64,000 nucleotides of DNA from Mytilus edulis (lineage: Eukaryota): the NCBI RefSeq assembly GCF_963676685.1, contig NC_092352.1, positions 47,926,001-47,990,000 of the forward strand. Reading direction: 5' to 3'. The position numbers and the translations under genes are program-made. How positions within the stretch are numbered: position 1 is the stretch's first letter; each line of letters begins with the position of its first letter. Positions 63,160 through 64,000 of the stretch are shown here, in pieces. The notes under the pieces were generated by a model. That model searched no databases, was not told the DNA's origin, and saw only the letters and a list, made by a program, of their open reading frames with translations.

Positions 63160-64000
63160 GCTGTATCTAAATGATAGATAATTGTCCTAAAAGTGAATTG
63201 AAAAAAATAAGTTAACAAAAGGTTTAACAATCATCGTTTCGAAGCACAGGTTTTGATGGTGTATATCCCTTTGTTCGGTTATATGAAATTGGCAATTATT
63301 TGACGAAAATGTAAGTATAACCTATGAATATTGAACTGCGTAAAAACTTATAAAAGTGGATGATGCTTTCTTTATAAAGTATTACTTTCCAATTTTAAAA
63401 TACTATATTGATGAAGTGCTAATAAGTTTCAAAAAGTAAATTACATTTTTAAATTTAACTTACCCTTAAACACTATAGTACATATTGATCAATTTCCCAA
63501 ATGAGTACGTCGTCTCGTTAGAGGAAGTCATATGATGCAGGATGCAAATACATAAGTAGATATAATAAGATTTGTATATTTTCCAAATGCACCATTGGTT
63601 TGTGTGTATTCGTCAACGGAAAATGGTAAGTTAACATTTTATAAATTAATACTTAAAAACAAAGCCCAATGTGTATAGGATATATCTTTATATGAAAATT
63701 ATGATTTTTGAAGTAGCATAAAATAAAATTAAAAAAATGAATAAATTGTATGTCTTGTTGAATGTTTTCATAGCGAAAACAAAAACATGCATGTATTTTT
63801 CTATCTTTCTGTGTTTTCTTTTTGTAAGCGTTTTGATATTTTGGAATGAACGAGGGAGGACGAATATCTGTTGTATTAACAGTAAAATTTATCTTCTTTT
63901 ATGTCTTTGACAAGTTATTTTCCTTAACATGTAACAAACTATAAATGCAGACAAAAGCTATAAACGTCTATCGATTTAAAAAAAAAATGAGTATGTATAG

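Noticed and set aside
63464-63600. Upstream coding exon of the minus-strand gene
   Set aside because: There is a good donor (AGG|GTAAGT at 63463) but all three frames are closed; at most a 5' UTR exon with uORFs, and its start cannot be placed.

Overview
AT-rich eukaryotic genomic DNA. The repeat families suggest a bivalve mollusc, probably Mytilus-like (inference). Two convergent intron-rich genes are present. (1) The 3' end of a filamin gene on + (12 coding exons, 329-13664, Ig repeats ~18-24, one GC-AG intron, a candidate 9-nt hinge microexon). (2) An apparently complete, 25-coding-exon type-I membrane protein gene on - (63159->17018, ~1477 aa by manual splicing). Its order is signal peptide, Sushi-like module, KRRKR site followed by a ~20-aa hydrophobic peptide, HYR/Sushi array, ephrin-receptor-like Cys repeats, LamG/pentraxin, 2 EGF, TSP1, Sushi, TM and a tail ending S-I-L. 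The introns carry a near-intact CR1/L2-group LINE whose ORF1 and ORF2 are in one frame separated by a single UAG, with no AUG before the endonuclease. They also carry a 5'-truncated Tx1/L1-type LINE with a perfect 14-bp TSD, a PIF/Harbinger deletion derivative, two TTAA-flanked MITEs, Helentron-type elements, a tandem/inverted array of tRNA-derived units, and three repeat families with minimal type-I hammerhead ribozymes. All calls come from manual reading; no searches were run.
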